From Chiloscyllium plagiosum (Eukaryota): DNA of 64,000 bases. The notes under the pieces are model-generated. The model ran no database searches. It saw only the letters and a program-made list of their open reading frames with translations, and was not told the DNA's origin. Positions 11,706 through 24,502 of this stretch are shown piece by piece (position 1 is the first letter of the stretch; each line of letters starts with the position of its first letter). Location of the stretch: the NCBI RefSeq assembly GCF_004010195.1, contig NC_057718.1:92887404-92951403 (forward strand). The letters are read 5' to 3'. Made by a program: the position numbers and the translations under genes.

Positions 11706-12286
11706 TACTGTACACAATACTCCTGATGTGATCTCTGTATATCTGAAGCACATTATCTATACTTCTGCATTCAATTCCCCTTGCAATAAACAATAACACT
11801 GTTAGCTTTTCTAATTACTGGCTGAATCTGATACCCACCTTTTATGATTTATTCTGAAGAGTACCAGATCCCTCTTCGTCTCAGAGTTTCTTCAACCTCT
11901 CACCATTTAGACAGACGTTCCTTTCTTAATCTTCCTGCAAACATGGCAGTTTCACATTTTCATGCATTGACATTCCTACATACTCCATTTCTCAAGTCTT
12001 TGGCTATTCACTTAACCTGTACAAATCCCTTACATCCTCTTCACAACTTAATAACAGACGTATCTTTGCCTCATCAACAAAATTAGCAACCGTACCTTTA
12101 GTCCCTTTATCTAAACCATTTATATAAGTTATAAAAATTTCATTAATCATTACTTCTTGCAACAAGAAACGATCTGTTTATATCTACGCTGTTTCGTGTT
12201 AGCCAACTAATCTTCTTTTCATGCCAATCTGCTGCCGCTTACACCATAAACTTTTATTTTCCACTGTGTCCTTTGATCTGGCACCT

Positions 12287-13505
12287 ACATAGAACATAGA
12301 ACATAGAATATACAACTGTGCAGCATAGGAACAGGCCCTTTGGCCCACAATGTTGTGCTGAACATAATCCCAAATTAAACTAATCCCTTCTGCCTGTCCT
12401 TAGCCCTTTTCCTTCCACTCCTTCCATATTCATGTGCTTATCTAAAGGTCTCTTAAATGCCCTTATTGTATCTGCCTCTACGACCATCTCGGCAGTGCAT
12501 TCCACACTCCTATTGCACTCTGTGTAAAAAATTTGCCCACACATCATTTTTGAACTTTCCCTCTTTCACCTTAAATGTGACATTTAGACATTTTAACTGT
12601 GGGAAAAGAATTCTGACCGTCAACCCTATCTATGCATCTCATCATTTTATAGATTTCTATCAAGTCTCCCCTTCTCTCAGCGTCCAGCGCTCTGGAGAAA
12701 ACAACCCGAGTTTTTCTAGCCTCCCCTTATAGCTCATACGCTCTAATCCAGGCTGCATCCTGGTGCATCCCTTTTGCACCCTCTCCAAAGCCTCCACATC
12801 TTTTCTGGAATGTAGCGACCAAAATTGAATGCTATACTCTTAGGTGTGGCCTAATCAAAATCTTATAAAACTGCAACATGACATCCTGAACTCTTGTACT
12901 CAATTCCCCGACAAATAAAGGCAAGTATGCCATTCACCTTTTTTACCAACCTATCTACTTGCATGACCATTTTCAGGGAGTGATGGACTTGGATCCCAAG
13001 ATCCCGCTGTACATCAATACTATTCAGAGTCCTGCCATCAACTGTATACTTTTTCTTAACATTTGATCTCCCAAAATGCAGCACCTCACGCTTACACACA
13101 TTTAACTCTATCTGCCATTTTTCAACCCATATCTGCAAGTGATCTATATCCCGCTGTATCCTTTGACAACCTTCTGCACGCTCCACCACTGAAAACGATC
13201 TTTGTATCGTCTGCAAACTTACTAACCTACCCATCTACATTTTTATCCAAGTCAGTTATATGTATGACAAACAGCAGAGCAACAGTACAGATCCCTGTAG
13301 AACACTACCAGTTACAGACCTCCAGCCTGAAAAACAACCTTTCACCTCTACCGTCTGCCCTCTGTGGGCAAGCCAATTCCGAATCCATGTGGCCAAGTCA
13401 CAATGGATATCATGCATCTTAATCTTCCGGATTGGCCTACCATGTGGGATCCTGTTGAAAGCCTTACCAAAACCACGTACACAACATCCACTGCTCTACC
13501 TTATT
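12287..13505 (-). mobile_element. CR1-type LINE 3' fragment with RT C-terminus
   Basis: (ACATAGA)n tail at 12287; ORF 12863-13234 reads IQRDIDHLQIWVEKWQIELNVCKREVLHFGRSN...QRDLGIQVH. Confidence 0.9.
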
Positions 13506-14264
13506 AAGTGTCTTCTGGAAATTTAAGTATAGTTCATCTATTGGTTCCTTTTTATCCACAGTACATGTTACTTCTTCAAAGAAATCTAATTAATTGGTTA
13601 ATTACAGGTTTCCCCTCAATGTTGATTCTGCCTGACTGGAAAACATTCCATGAATTCCTCAACTTGGCTGTCTTTCCCAAATTGGATTTTCCAGTGAATA
13701 TGCTAATTAAAATCAAACATGTTTATTGCTGCATCATTCTGAAAAACTCTCATTATTTCTTCCTCCCCCCCACCCATGCTGTTGATGGCCTTGCACAGCA
13801 CTCACACGAGTGACTTCCTGCCTTCAATAATTTATCTTCTCCATCCAAACCACTTTTGCAACCTGTTTTTCTGAAATCCCTCTGCATTGTGCTAAAATCA
13901 TCATTAACTAACAGAGCCACCCCTCCACCTTTTCCGAGTTTTCACTCCTTCCGAAATGCACTCTTCAATTTTCAGGTCCCAGTTTGTGTCATTCTGCATG
14001 CATGTCTCTGTCATGGCTACCAGATTGTACTTAGCCATTTCTGTTTACACCCTTGGTTCATCTGCTTGTTGTTTGTAGCCTCTGTAAGGCTATTTTGGGA
14101 TGACTTTCTTTCAATATTAACTGTCGCATATATACATAATTTGTAGATTTTCTTACTCAATAAAGGGTTTTCTTCCCTTCAAACTAAATCTCCACAGAAA
14201 AGAGCAGCAGTGTAGAAGAATGATGTTTTCCATTCGAGAAAGAAAACTCCTAAACTGAGACTAA

Positions 14265-14772
14265 AGTGAGAGATTGTTCAGGTAGAGAGGGCTCAGAAGA
14301 GATTTATCAGGATTTACCAGGGAATGGAGGGTTTGAGTTTCAAAGAGAGGCTGGATAGGCGGGGACCTTTTTCACTGGAATTTAGCAGATTGAGAAGTTA
14401 CTTTATGGAAGTTTATAGAATAATGAGGGATTTAGATAAGGTGAATGACAGGTCTGTTTTCCCTAGAATGGGGGAGATTTCAAGATGAGGGGGCATATTT
14501 TTAAGGTGAGAGGAGAAAGAGTTAAAAACGACATGAGGGCAATGTTTTTATACAGAGAGTAGTTCATGTTTGGAATGAACTTCAGAAAAAGTGGTGGATG
14601 CAGGTACAGTTACAACGTTGAAAAGACACTTGGATAAGTTCCTGAATGAGAAATGTTTGGAGGGATATGGGCCAAGTGCAGGCAGGTGGGACTAGTTCGG
14701 TTTGGGATTATGGATAGCATGGACAGGTTGGATCGAAGGGTCTGTTTCTGTGCTATATAACTCTATGACTCT
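14265..14772 (+). mobile_element. CR1-type LINE 3' fragment
   Basis: Homologous to 2341-2927; ends GGGTCTGTTTCTGTGCTATATAACTCTATGACTCT. Confidence 0.9.
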
Positions 14773-14777
14773 CCTGT

Positions 14778-14988
14778 GAATGCTGGAAATCTCAAACACA
14801 AACAAAGGGAGCTGAAAATAAAGTCAGCAGGTCAGGCAGTGCCCCAGAGGGAAACAGAGTCAACAATACAAATCAATGGCCTTGGATAAGCCAAACCTTT
14901 TTGATGAAGACTCAATGAGGTGAAGCATTGATCTTTGTCCCTGTCCATAGGGGCCTGCCTGAACTATTGGAATTCCGTCAGAATCTGA
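14778..14988. mobile_element. Highly decayed fold-back PLE-type remnant
   Basis: TCAGCAGGTCAGGCAG...ACAGAGTCAAC is inverted against ATTGATCTTTGT...CTGCCTGAACT; TTGATGAAG...TGAAGCATT near the pivot. Confidence 0.45.
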
Positions 14989-15074
14989 GACACTTGCAAA
15001 TATCCAACCATTGGATGATGTAGACAGACCAGGAGCAGATTCTGAGTCTGAGGTTCCAAAATCTCATAAATGCT

Positions 15075-15375
15075 GGGTGGCACAGTGGTTAGCACAGCTG
15101 CCTCACGGCGCTGGAGACCTGGGTTCAATTCCCACCTTAGCCAACTGTCTGTGTGGAGTTTGCACATTACTCCCTGTGTTTCCTTCGGATGCTCCGGTTT
15201 CCTCCCACAGTCCAAAAATGTGCAGGTTAGGTGAATTGGCCATGCTAAATTGCCTGTAGTGTTAGGTGAAGGGGTAAAATGTAGAGGAATGGGTCTGGCT
15301 GGGTTACCCTTCGGAGGGTCGGTGTGGACTTGTTGGGCTGAAGGGCCTGTTTCCACACTGTAAGTCATCTAATCT
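15075..15375 (+). mobile_element. HE1-type SINE
   Basis: A box TGGCACAGTGG, B box GGTTCAATTCC, LINE-like tail. Confidence 0.9.
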
Positions 15376-15388
15376 GGGAGCGTCTGCG

Positions 15389-15655
15389 ATCCTTACCTGG
15401 TCTGGCTGGCATGTGAGCCTCCTGACCCACAGCTATGTGGTTGACTCTTAACTGTCCACTGGGTCATTAGGGCTATGAAGGCTGCTCCTAGTATTTATTG
15501 CCCTAATGACCCAGATACCAGTTAAGAGTCAACCACATTGCTGTGGGTCTGGAGTCACAAGGTAGGCCAGACCAGGTAAAGATGGAAGATTTCCTTCTCT
15601 AAAGGATATTTTTCTTAAATTCCAGATTTTTATTGAATTCAAATTTCACCACCTC
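15389..15655. mobile_element. Tail-to-tail pair of SINE family 2 fragments
   Basis: 15389-15473 (+) is inverted against 15500-15583 (-); both match 15990-16075. Confidence 0.75.
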
Positions 15656-15772
15656 CCCTAAACAATTAATAGGTACATATTTTAATCGCCCTAAATGGTG
15701 ATAGAATGAGAAACCTTCATTGTATTCAAACTAAATTACGGTATCTTCATTGAAAGTGATGAAATCTACCAT

Positions 15773-16131
15773 GGGGGATGCAATGGCCTGGTGATAGTAT
15801 TGCTAGATCATTAATGCAGAAACCTAGATAATGCCCCGAGGACCTGGGTTCAAATCCTGCCATAGCTGATGGTGGAATTTGAATTCAGTACAAAATCTGG
15901 AATTAAGTCTAATGACAACCATGAGTCCATTGTTGATTGTTGGGGAAATCCCATCTGGTTTACTAATGCCCTTTAGGGAAGGAAACTGCCATCCTTACCT
16001 GGTCTGGCCTACACATGACTCCAGACCCACAGCAAATATAGTTGACTCTTAATTGCCCACCGGACAATTAGGGTTAGGTAATAAATGTTTGCTTAGCTAG
16101 TGATGCCTTCATTCCTTGAATGAATAAAAAA
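15773..16131 (+). mobile_element. SINE family 2, near full length (tRNA-like head, LINE family 2 tail)
   Basis: B box GGTTCAAATCC; core ATCCTTACCTGGTCTGGCCTAC; tail ends GAATGAATAAAAA; paralogues at 29.8, 36.6 and 44.1 kb. Confidence 0.8.
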
Positions 16132-16227
16132 TTGGGGTCCAAATGTTGGAAAATGGTGTCAGGCTGAACCGCTGTAATTTGGCTTGTAAAGATGCAATTA
16201 TGTGCTATTAATTTATTATGCTGGTGG

Positions 16228-16300
16228 TTTCAAATAAACCCATTGGACTATAACCCAGTGTTGTGTGAGCTTCAACTTTGTCCATCCTAGTCCAAAAGCC
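16228..16300 (+). mobile_element. Family A PLE-type 3' fragment
   Basis: CAAATAAACCCATTGGACTATAACCCAGTGTTGTGTGA...CTTTGTCCATCCTAGTCCAA. Confidence 0.7.
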
Positions 16301-16460
16301 TAACCACTACATCATCTATAAAAACAAGCAGAGGAGAAAGGAAGACGTCTGAAAACATTGTTGCTCAACTAATCTGGTGGTTCTGACACTGTATAGACGT
16401 TCTGTGAGGTGAAACCATTCCATTGCTATAACGGCACAGACTGGGAGCAGTGATGGTTGG

Positions 16461-16551
16461 CTGATAGAAGGGCTTTTGGCAGAAACATCGACTCTCCTGA
16501 TCCTCAGATGCTGCCCGACCTGCTGTGCTTCTCCAGCACCAAACTCTTGAC
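16461..16551 (+). mobile_element. Family B PLE-type fragment starting at a decayed hammerhead
   Basis: CTGATAGAAGGGCTTTTGGCAGAAACATCGA...GATGCTGCCCGACCTGCTGTGC. Confidence 0.75.
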
Positions 16552-16867
16552 CGATGTCTTGGTTCCCTTTGTCAGCCCAAGTGATGCAGTGAAGAGCTCA
16601 GCTAATGGTACAGGCTTCGGGCCTAGAGTCTCCCACAAGTCAGGATCACTGGCTGGCCACCTGGAAACGAGGCAGTTCTGAAAATGGAAACAAGAGGATT
16701 AGTGAGAGGTCTCAGTTGGACTGGGAATCCTGGGAGGTCACAGAGAATGGATTCTGAGGGCAGGAGGCAGGTTAGAAAGGATCCATTGTGTCAGCCTGCA
16801 GGCTTTTCATGGATCACAACAGCTGGGTATGTATCACTTACATGTTGTGGCAACATCCCAATGGCAT

Positions 16868-17060
16868 ACATAGAGTCATAGATTCATCCAGCACAGATAC
16901 AGACCCTTCGGTCCAACCCGTCATGCTGACCAACTTTCCCAAACTGAACTAGTCCCACTTGCCTGCATTTGGCCCATATTCCTCTAAACCTTTCCTATTC
17001 ATGTACCTGCCCAATGCCTTTTAAATGCTGTTCCTGTTTCTGCATGTATCACTTCCTCAG
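16868..17060 (-). mobile_element. CR1-type LINE 3' end
   Basis: CATAGAGTCATAG...ACAGACCCTTCGGTCC. Confidence 0.85.
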
Positions 17061-17096
17061 GCAAGTGGTAGGTGGGGTTGTGGTCTGTGATTATTA

Positions 17097-17306
17097 CTGG
17101 GTTGGAAATGTGTTGCTGGAAAAGCGCAGCAGGTCAGGCAGCATCCAGGGAACAGGAGAATCGATGTTTCGGGCATAAGCCCTTCTTCAGGCTTATGCCC
17201 GAAACGTCGATTCTCCTGTTCCCTGGATGCTGCCTGACCTGCTGCGCTTTTCCAGCAACACATTTCCAGCTCTGATCTCCAGCATCTGCAGACCTCACTT
17301 TCTTCA
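17097..17306. mobile_element. Fold-back PLE-type insertion, family B
   Basis: Near-identical inverted arms of about 80 bp; TSD TCTGTGATTATTA at 17084-17096 and 17307-17319; minus-strand CTGAAGA AGGGCTTATGCCC GAAA CATC at the pivot. Confidence 0.9.
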
Positions 17307-17394
17307 TCTGTGATTATTAATCCATTTGAAAAGACTCCCTTAAATAAAGGTTAAGAAGCACTGCACTAAGGATGGGAATGGCATCCAGATACAA

Positions 17395-17882
17395 AAACAC
17401 TGGAGAGGGTGCAGAGGAAGTTTACCAGGATGTTGCTGAGGCTGAAGAATTCTAGTTGTGGAGAGAGTTTGGGCAGAGTGGGGTTGATTTCCTTAATGCA
17501 GAGGAGATTGAGAAGGGACATAATTGAGATGTGTACAATTCTGAGGAGCGTAGGTAGGGTAGACAGGAAGGAACCTTTCCCTTTGAAGGAGGGATCAATG
17601 ACAAGGGAGCATAGATTTAAGGTAACGGGCAGGAAGTTTAGGGGAGATGTGAGGACAAACTTTTTCACTCAGAGGGTGGTGGGAATCTGGAGCTCACTAC
17701 CTATCATTGTGGTAAAGCCAGAAACACTTATAGCATGTAAGAAGCATTTAAATGTTGCACTTGCAATGCCAAGGCATACACGGCTATGGGCCACGGTCGA
17801 TTAGAATAGTAAGGTGGTTATTTTTGATGATGCAGACTCCATGGTCAAAAGGGCCCTTTTTCAGTGCTGTCGATCTCCATGA
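17395..17882 (+). mobile_element. CR1-type LINE 3' fragment, distinct subfamily
   Basis: ORF 17409-17804 QRKFTRMLLRLK...RRLRRDIIEMCTIL...FFTQRVVGIWSSLP. Confidence 0.88.
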
Positions 17883-18409
17883 CGTGTGTTTGGAAGAGTC
17901 CACAGACATGGTCCACCATTACCATCTGCTGGACAGAGGTAGTACTGCAACAACAAGAAACCTTCCCTTCAACCCACTTCCATTCTCTTCAAAGAAAACG
18001 ATTGTTACATTTTCAAGGGAGATGTCAGAACATTTTAATTGAGTGAAAGAATTGACTGAAAAGCTTCTCATGGGGAACAAAATTGAATGACAAAGACTGG
18101 ATTCAAAATACAGCAGTATTTATTGATCAAAGTTGATTCTTACCTCTGTCTATTATCATGAGACTTTAAAGCAAAAGGATGGAATAAAACCACTCAGTTT
18201 AATGAAGACCTGGAGGCATATTACATTTCAAAAGGGAAAATGGACTTTGTAAAATGGTGAGTATTGCCTGACAGATAAATAACAGAAGGGTGAGCTTATT
18301 GCTTCCCCTTCCTCCACCAATAGCCCTAAACCCACTCATGAGACAGACCTGTATAACTCAATCTTTCCCGAGTTACTCAAAGGGTCTTCTACCCTCTTAC
18401 AATGAAAGT

Positions 18410-21400
18410 TGAGATCTCATGTGCCAGCAGAAATACTGTCACCAAGTCACCCTTTACTTACATGTGGAGAGTCCTTAACATTGCTCCAGCTCTCACAGAG
18501 CCAGATCTCAGGGTGACCAGGATGCCTGTTCGTATCTGTCAGCCAGGGCTCCCTGATTTGGCCAGTTCTCATTCAGGGAACTCATATTCTATGAGGTCCA
18601 CGAGGCTGACTTCATTACAATCACTAGATCCCGTCCCCTCTGAGTCCTAGGGCACCACTGGTTCTTTTTTTGTTGTTGTGGCTCCTCCAGGGGTGCTCAT
18701 CCAACTCAGCCTCTGATACGGGATGGCGTGTAACACACAGTAGCTCACTTCTTGTGCCTGGAACATCTCGGAAGAAATGCATTCTCTTCTTCATGCAGCA
18801 AAGATGAGGCAACAACATCCGCCGTGTTCACCTCATATTCTGAGGTATCATCAAAACTTGATGGAGAGGGAGAACCCACAGGTCCCGGAACAATCTGAAA
18901 GGCTGTGGAAGATCTGGGTACGTGTTTCTCCTGCACCGTTTGTGCATTTGCAGCTTTCATGTGGTCTATGTGTTTGTTCAGGACCATTGCACCAACTCAA
19001 ACTTTACATGTCACTAGACCTGACCTTGCGTCAACCACACCTCTTACCGATGCAGGGCCATTCCCGTGGTCCCTACACTAAACTTCATCCCCTGAAGTAA
19101 ACTGTCTCTCTCACTTATTGGAGTCTTCCATCTGGCATTGCCATTTCTGATGCCATTTTATCCTCCCCTCTAGTTCCAACAAGATCATATTTAACCTGGT
19201 GCAGAGTCTTCTCCCCATTAACAACTCTACTGGAGCTATCCCTGTAGTTGCGTGAGGGTAGTCCTATAATGAAATATGAACTGGGACACCTTTGTATCTA
19301 GTGAAGCTGTCGGCTGTTTCTTTAATCCTACATTCAAAGTTCGGACTGCTGTTTCCACCAGACCATTGGATGATGGGTAGTATAGTGCTGTCCTTATATG
19401 CTGAATACCGTTCATCTTTAGAAAGTACTCAAATTCCGTGTTTTTAAAAGATGGCCCATTATCTGTGACCAACACTTCCAGGAGTACTTGTGTTACAAAA
19501 GATGTGTGGTGTTTCTACAGCTGTCCCTGTGTTTGATGAATGAACTCTATGCATGCCCAGCCCCCATCACCACTGGCTATTTCAGTTTTGCCAGGAATGG
19601 ATCTTTCTTTGTCCAAAGTCTGATATTGTCGGCTGTGACTGGAAATGTGTCCAGAAAATTTAAAACTGTTTAGAACTCTTGCAGTGGTGGTAGTACTGGT
19701 GGTGTACCTGCCAGTGGGTGACGGCTCAATGCATCAGCATTTGCTACTTGGCCTCCTAGATGGTGATCCAACTTGTGCACTTAGTGCTAGACCCCATCGG
19801 TGGATTTGGCCTGAAGCTATGGGAGACACTCCCTTGTCCTCTTCAAGTAAACCCAGCAGAGGTTTGGGGTCCATTATTATTACAAATTTAAGTCTATAAA
19901 TGTATTGGTAGAACTTCCTGACTCCAAATCTGATTACCAAACCTTCCTTCGCAATCTGGGCGTATTTTGCTCTGCATTACCCAAGTCTTGAACGTTTACG
20001 CTTTTGGGCGTTCTTCACCATGAGGTAACCTATGAGCAAATACTATCCCGATGCCGTACGGGGAGGTATTGCATGTCAATACTAGATCTTGCTTGGGATC
20101 ATTTGTGCCAGCACTTTAGAGAATGATAGCTGTTCCTTCACCTCCCTGAAAGCTATGACTTGGCTACATGACAATTTCCAATGTTGGGCCATTTGTAAGG
20201 TGCTGGGATGAAGTCCAGGTTATTATGAATTTTCTATAATAATTCAGCAGCCTAAGGAAACACCTAAGCACCGGTACAGACATGGGAGTTGGGGCATCTT
20301 TGCCCTGACTTTATTCACCAATGATCTTGTTGACTCTGTAGCCCAAGAAGGTCATTTGGGGTGCCCAGAACACACATTTTTACCTTCTAAGGCACATGCT
20401 GGCCTGGGAGAAATATCTAATCATTCCGTCCAAGATCTCTAAGTGGCCCTATTGATCTTCCCTGTTGTTAGCGTGTCATCCAAATAAGTGGCGACACAGG
20501 CTAGACTTTGTAAAATGGTTTCCATGATCTGCTGAAAAATGGCACAGGCTGATAATACCCCAAATGGCAGTCTCTCACATATTGGCATGAACCCTTATAG
20601 GTATTAATTCTAGTATACTTCTGAAAATACCTCCTCTAACTGCAGTTGTAGGTACATGCATGGTCATGTCCAGCTTTGTGAAGGACAGCCCCCATGCCAG
20701 CTTTGTGCACCAGTCCTCCAGGCGAGACATTGGGTATCCAGCTGTAAGAAGTGGTTTACCATTTGATTAACATTCGCACATAGGCAAACCGACCCTCAGA
20801 CTTCATAATAGGGGCAGCATGGTGGCTCAGTGGTTAGCACAGCTGCCTCACAGCGCCGGGAACTCAGGTTTGATTCCAGCCTCAGGCGACTGTCTGCGTG
20901 GAGTTTGCACATTCTTCCCAGGTCTGCATGGGTTTCGTCCAGGTGCTCTGGTTTCCTCCTATAATCCAAAGATGTGCAAGTTAAGTGAACTGGCCATGCT
21001 AAATTGCCCATAGTGTTCAGGAATGTGTAGGTTTGGTGCATTAGTCAAGGGTAAAATGTACAGTAATAAGGGAGGGAAATGGGTTTGGGTGGGATACTCT
21101 TCGGAGGGTCGGTGTGGACTTGTTGGGCTGAAGGGCTTGATTCCACACCGTAGGGATTCTATGATAACAGGAACACCTGGAGCTGCCCATCCCACAAACT
21201 GGGCTAGTTTGACGATTTCTTCTCTCTCCAGCCTCTGGATTTCTGCCTCTACTTTTGCCCCGAAGGAAAATGGCATTGGGTGGCCCTTGAAGAATCTGGG
21301 AAGAGCTTCTTGGTCAACCTGAAAGCTGGCCTTGTCTCCTTTGACAGTCCCTAGAACGTCCTGAAAATCTTGTGGGTATTTAATTAGGACTTCACTCAGG

Positions 21401-22904
21401 CAGCCTATTTCTAATTGAAAAATGTTGAACTAATCAAGGTGAATCTCTCGCAACCAATTTCACCCCCATCAGGCTTGGGCCTGAGCCTTTCACTACAGTC
21501 AGTGGCAACTAAATCAGTTGCTTCTCAGAAGAGACTGGGACCGAAGTTGTACCCTTAATCTGTAAAGGTTTCCCAGTATAGGTTCTCAGTCTAGCTGAGG
21601 TTTTCCGCAAATGTAAGGGTTGGAGTAATGAGCAAATTTTGTTAAAGACTGTTTCTACGATCAAAGAAACAGCCACACGGGTGTGACCTCCATTCGAACT
21701 GGGGGACCATTTAATGAGAGGTTTATTTTGATTGGTGGTGAATTGGATGTTGCTGAGCAACTTAACTGATCCAAGGTGTAGGTGGACTTTTCGGGGTGAA
21801 CATTCTCCTGGATACTAGCCTATAAGTTCTCTTACTCAATTTAGGTCTTTTGTTGTCTCGAGTCTGCATACCAGCAGGAACTCTAATTGCTCGCTGGCCC
21901 AGATCCTGAAGAAAATTTTAACAGTTTGGCCGAAGTCTGGCTTTGTTTTGGGGTTTTGCTGCGGGCTGACCTAGAATCCCTCTGTTCAGGATATGTCCAG
22001 AGCAAGGCTTGCAAATGCCTTCACTCAAGTGGTGTTCCCCAAGGTCAGTTGGACTGGTGAGGGTGTTCACTTCCACTGGAATACCCTGTAACCCATAAGA
22101 TCCACTTGCTGCATTTTTCAATGATGGCCAGTTGTTGTATCTGTTTGAAGTCTAGTTGGGCTTCAGCTAGTAGGCACGTTTGCATAGTTCCATCATTAAT
22201 TCGACATACCTAATAATCTCTCAGCATCTCATTAAGGGTTAAATAAAACACACATGTCTCTGCCAGTCATCTTAAGTAAGTCAAAAATCCCGATATGGAC
22301 TCCCCTCATTTGCGAATTGCTGAGTAAAGTCAAAGTATCTCAGAATGAGAGGAGGCTTGGAGTCATTATATTCCTAAACTAAATTTGTCATCCCTTGAAA
22401 AGTTTTGGTATCTGGAGCCTCATGGAAAGTTAGGCTCCTAATAACCAAAACAGCTGCAGGACCACAGGCTGTCAGGAGAATTACTCGTTGCTCTTCATCT
22501 GTCCCAATATCATATGCCTGGAAAACACAACACATTCTTTCCCCATACTGATCCCAGTCTTCGACAACAGGACTGAATGAGTCAAGCTTCCCAAATGACA
22601 GCATGATGCCAGAGATGCTTACTCCAACTCAAAGACAATTATCGCGAGCGAGTTTCTTCAGGACTGTGTTTTTCTCTAATTGGCACTGAAATAACTCCAT
22701 GATGGCCGATATCCAGTCACGAAGTCACCCTTTACTTAGACTTAGAGAGTTCTTGACACTGATCCAGCTCCCTCAGAGCCAGCTGTCAGGATGTCTGACA
22801 TCCCTGTTTATAATCTGTCAGCCAGGTTCCCTGATTAGACCAGATTAACAGCCCCAGTAAAGGAACTCATATTCTATGAGGTTGACCTGGCTCAATCACA
22901 AACA
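18410..22904 (-). mobile_element. Decayed Ty3/Gypsy LTR retrotransposon
   Basis: Direct LTRs at about 18410-18628 and 22687-22904; Gag-like FGKLDSF...EDWDQYGERM (22374-22604); protease-region LRTYTGKPLQIKG; RT VATYLDD near 20480; RNase H-region DPKPLLGLL; integrase VTDNGPSF...YYPSSNGLVE (19236-19475); purine tract AGAGGGGACGGGA before the 3' LTR; many stops and frameshifts. Confidence 0.92.
20811..21163 (+). mobile_element. HE1-type SINE nested in Gypsy pol
   Basis: Full head-to-tail copy; flanks ATAATAGG/ATAACAGG may be a TSD. Confidence 0.92.
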
Positions 22905-23204
22905 TTGTAGGCTGCAATCACAGCATTATAGGCTGCTGTGCTATTTGGAGAATTTAACATTAATAATTGCTGTGCTTTAATACGGTGATAGTGGGACTGG
23001 GACCAAATCCAGTTTTGAATTTTCTGAAACCATCGCAGTGATATATCTCATTTGCAGCAATGGATTATGGACACAGCTTCAAAGATATAAACATGAAAAC
23101 ACATAAGATTGTTTACTTATAGAGCACCAATTAAACAATATATAAATGGAAATCAGACCTCCTCTTCGCATTACAAGACTGTTGTAGAGATTAAGTAAAA
23201 CATT

Positions 23205-23787
23205 TACCCCCTCCACACCAACACTCAGTAGCAGCAGTGTGTACTATCTACAAGCTGCACTGCAGAAAAACACCAAGACTCCTTCACTAGCACCTTTCAA
23301 GCCCATGACTGTTACCATTTGGAAGGACAATGGCAGTAGATACATGGTAGCGCCACCACTTCCAAATACTCACCATCCTCATGTTGAAATACATTGCCAT
23401 TCCTTCAATGTCACTTAGAACTCCCTCTCTAAATGTTTTGTGTCTACCTTAAAAGGACTGCCACAGTTTAAGAAGGTAGTTCACTATCACCATCTCAAGG
23501 GCAACTAGGAATGGGAAATAAGTGCTGGCCGAGCAAGTAATGTCCATATCCCATGACCCTAGCCATCACCCTGTTGACATTGAATGGCATTACAGTGGCT
23601 GAATCTCACAATTAATCTCCTGGGGGTTACCATTGATCAGGAACTGAAATGGACTAGTCACAAAATACTGTGGCTATTAGAGCAGGTCAGAGGCTAGAAT
23701 CATTGCAGCAAAAGCCTGACCACCATCTACAAGCCACTAAGCAGGAGAGTGTTGGAATATTCTCAACTTCCTAGATGAGTGCAGTGT
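23205..23787 (+). mobile_element. LINE family 2 (CR1/L2 group) fragments
   Basis: Homologous to the minus-strand copy at 42.4-43.4 kb; 3' end GGGCAACTAGGAATGGGAAATAAGTGCTGGCC near 23500; an upstream piece follows out of order at 23560-23787. Confidence 0.75.
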
Positions 23788-23788
23788 T

Positions 23789-24412
23789 TAGATCAGAGTG
23801 TTGCTGGAAAAGCCCAGCAGGTCAGGCAGCATCCAAGGAGCCAGAAAATCGATGTTTCAGGCAAACGCCCTTCATCAGGAATAGAGACAGGAAGCCTCCA
23901 GGGTGGAGAGATAAATGGGGGGGGGGCGCTGAGGGGGAGGTAGCTGGAAGGTTGGAACTGGGGTAAGATGGGGGAAGGGGAAATGAGGAAACTGGTGAAG
24001 TCCACATTGGTGCCCTGGGGTTAAAGTGTTCTGAGGGGGAAGATGAGGTGTTCTTCCACCAGGCATCGGTGGTGAGGGAGCGATGGTTGAGGAGGCCCAG
24101 GACCTGCATGTCCTCAGCAGAGTGGGAGGGGGAGTTGAAATGTTGGGCCACAGGGCGGTGTGGTTGATTGGTGCGGGTGTCGCGGAGATGTTCCCTAAAG
24201 TGCTCTGCTAGGAGGCGTCCAGTCTCCCCAATGTAGAGGAGACCGCATCGGGAGCAACAGATACAATAAATAACATTGGTGGATTGCAGGTGAAACTTTG
24301 ATGGATGTGGAAGCTCCTTTGGGGCCCTGGATGGAGGTGAGGGAGGAGGTGTGGGCGCAGGTTTTGCACTTCCTGCGGTGGCAGGGGAGGGTGTCAGGAA
24401 GGGAGGGTAGGT
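23789..24412 (-). mobile_element. PLE family B 3' fragment with GIY-YIG endonuclease (Neptune-like)
   Basis: Cys-rich linker CHRRKCKTCAH, then VIYCICCSRCGLLYIGETGRLLAEHFREH; downstream hammerhead ATTC CTGATGA AGGGCGTTTGCCT GAAA CATC (23848-23882, minus strand). Confidence 0.9.
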
Positions 24413-24502
24413 TGATATTGAATAATTTGTACAAAACAAGTGGAATGGAGGAGAGGAAAAGTAAAAAAAATCTAATCTAAAATAAAAAAATAAAAAATAA
24501 AG

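Larger units (their letters stand above)
10490..12286 (-). mobile_element. Old CR1-type LINE hosting two fold-back insertions
   Basis: Minus-strand CR1 sequence (FIARGIECRS) resumes collinearly after each insertion. Confidence 0.8.
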
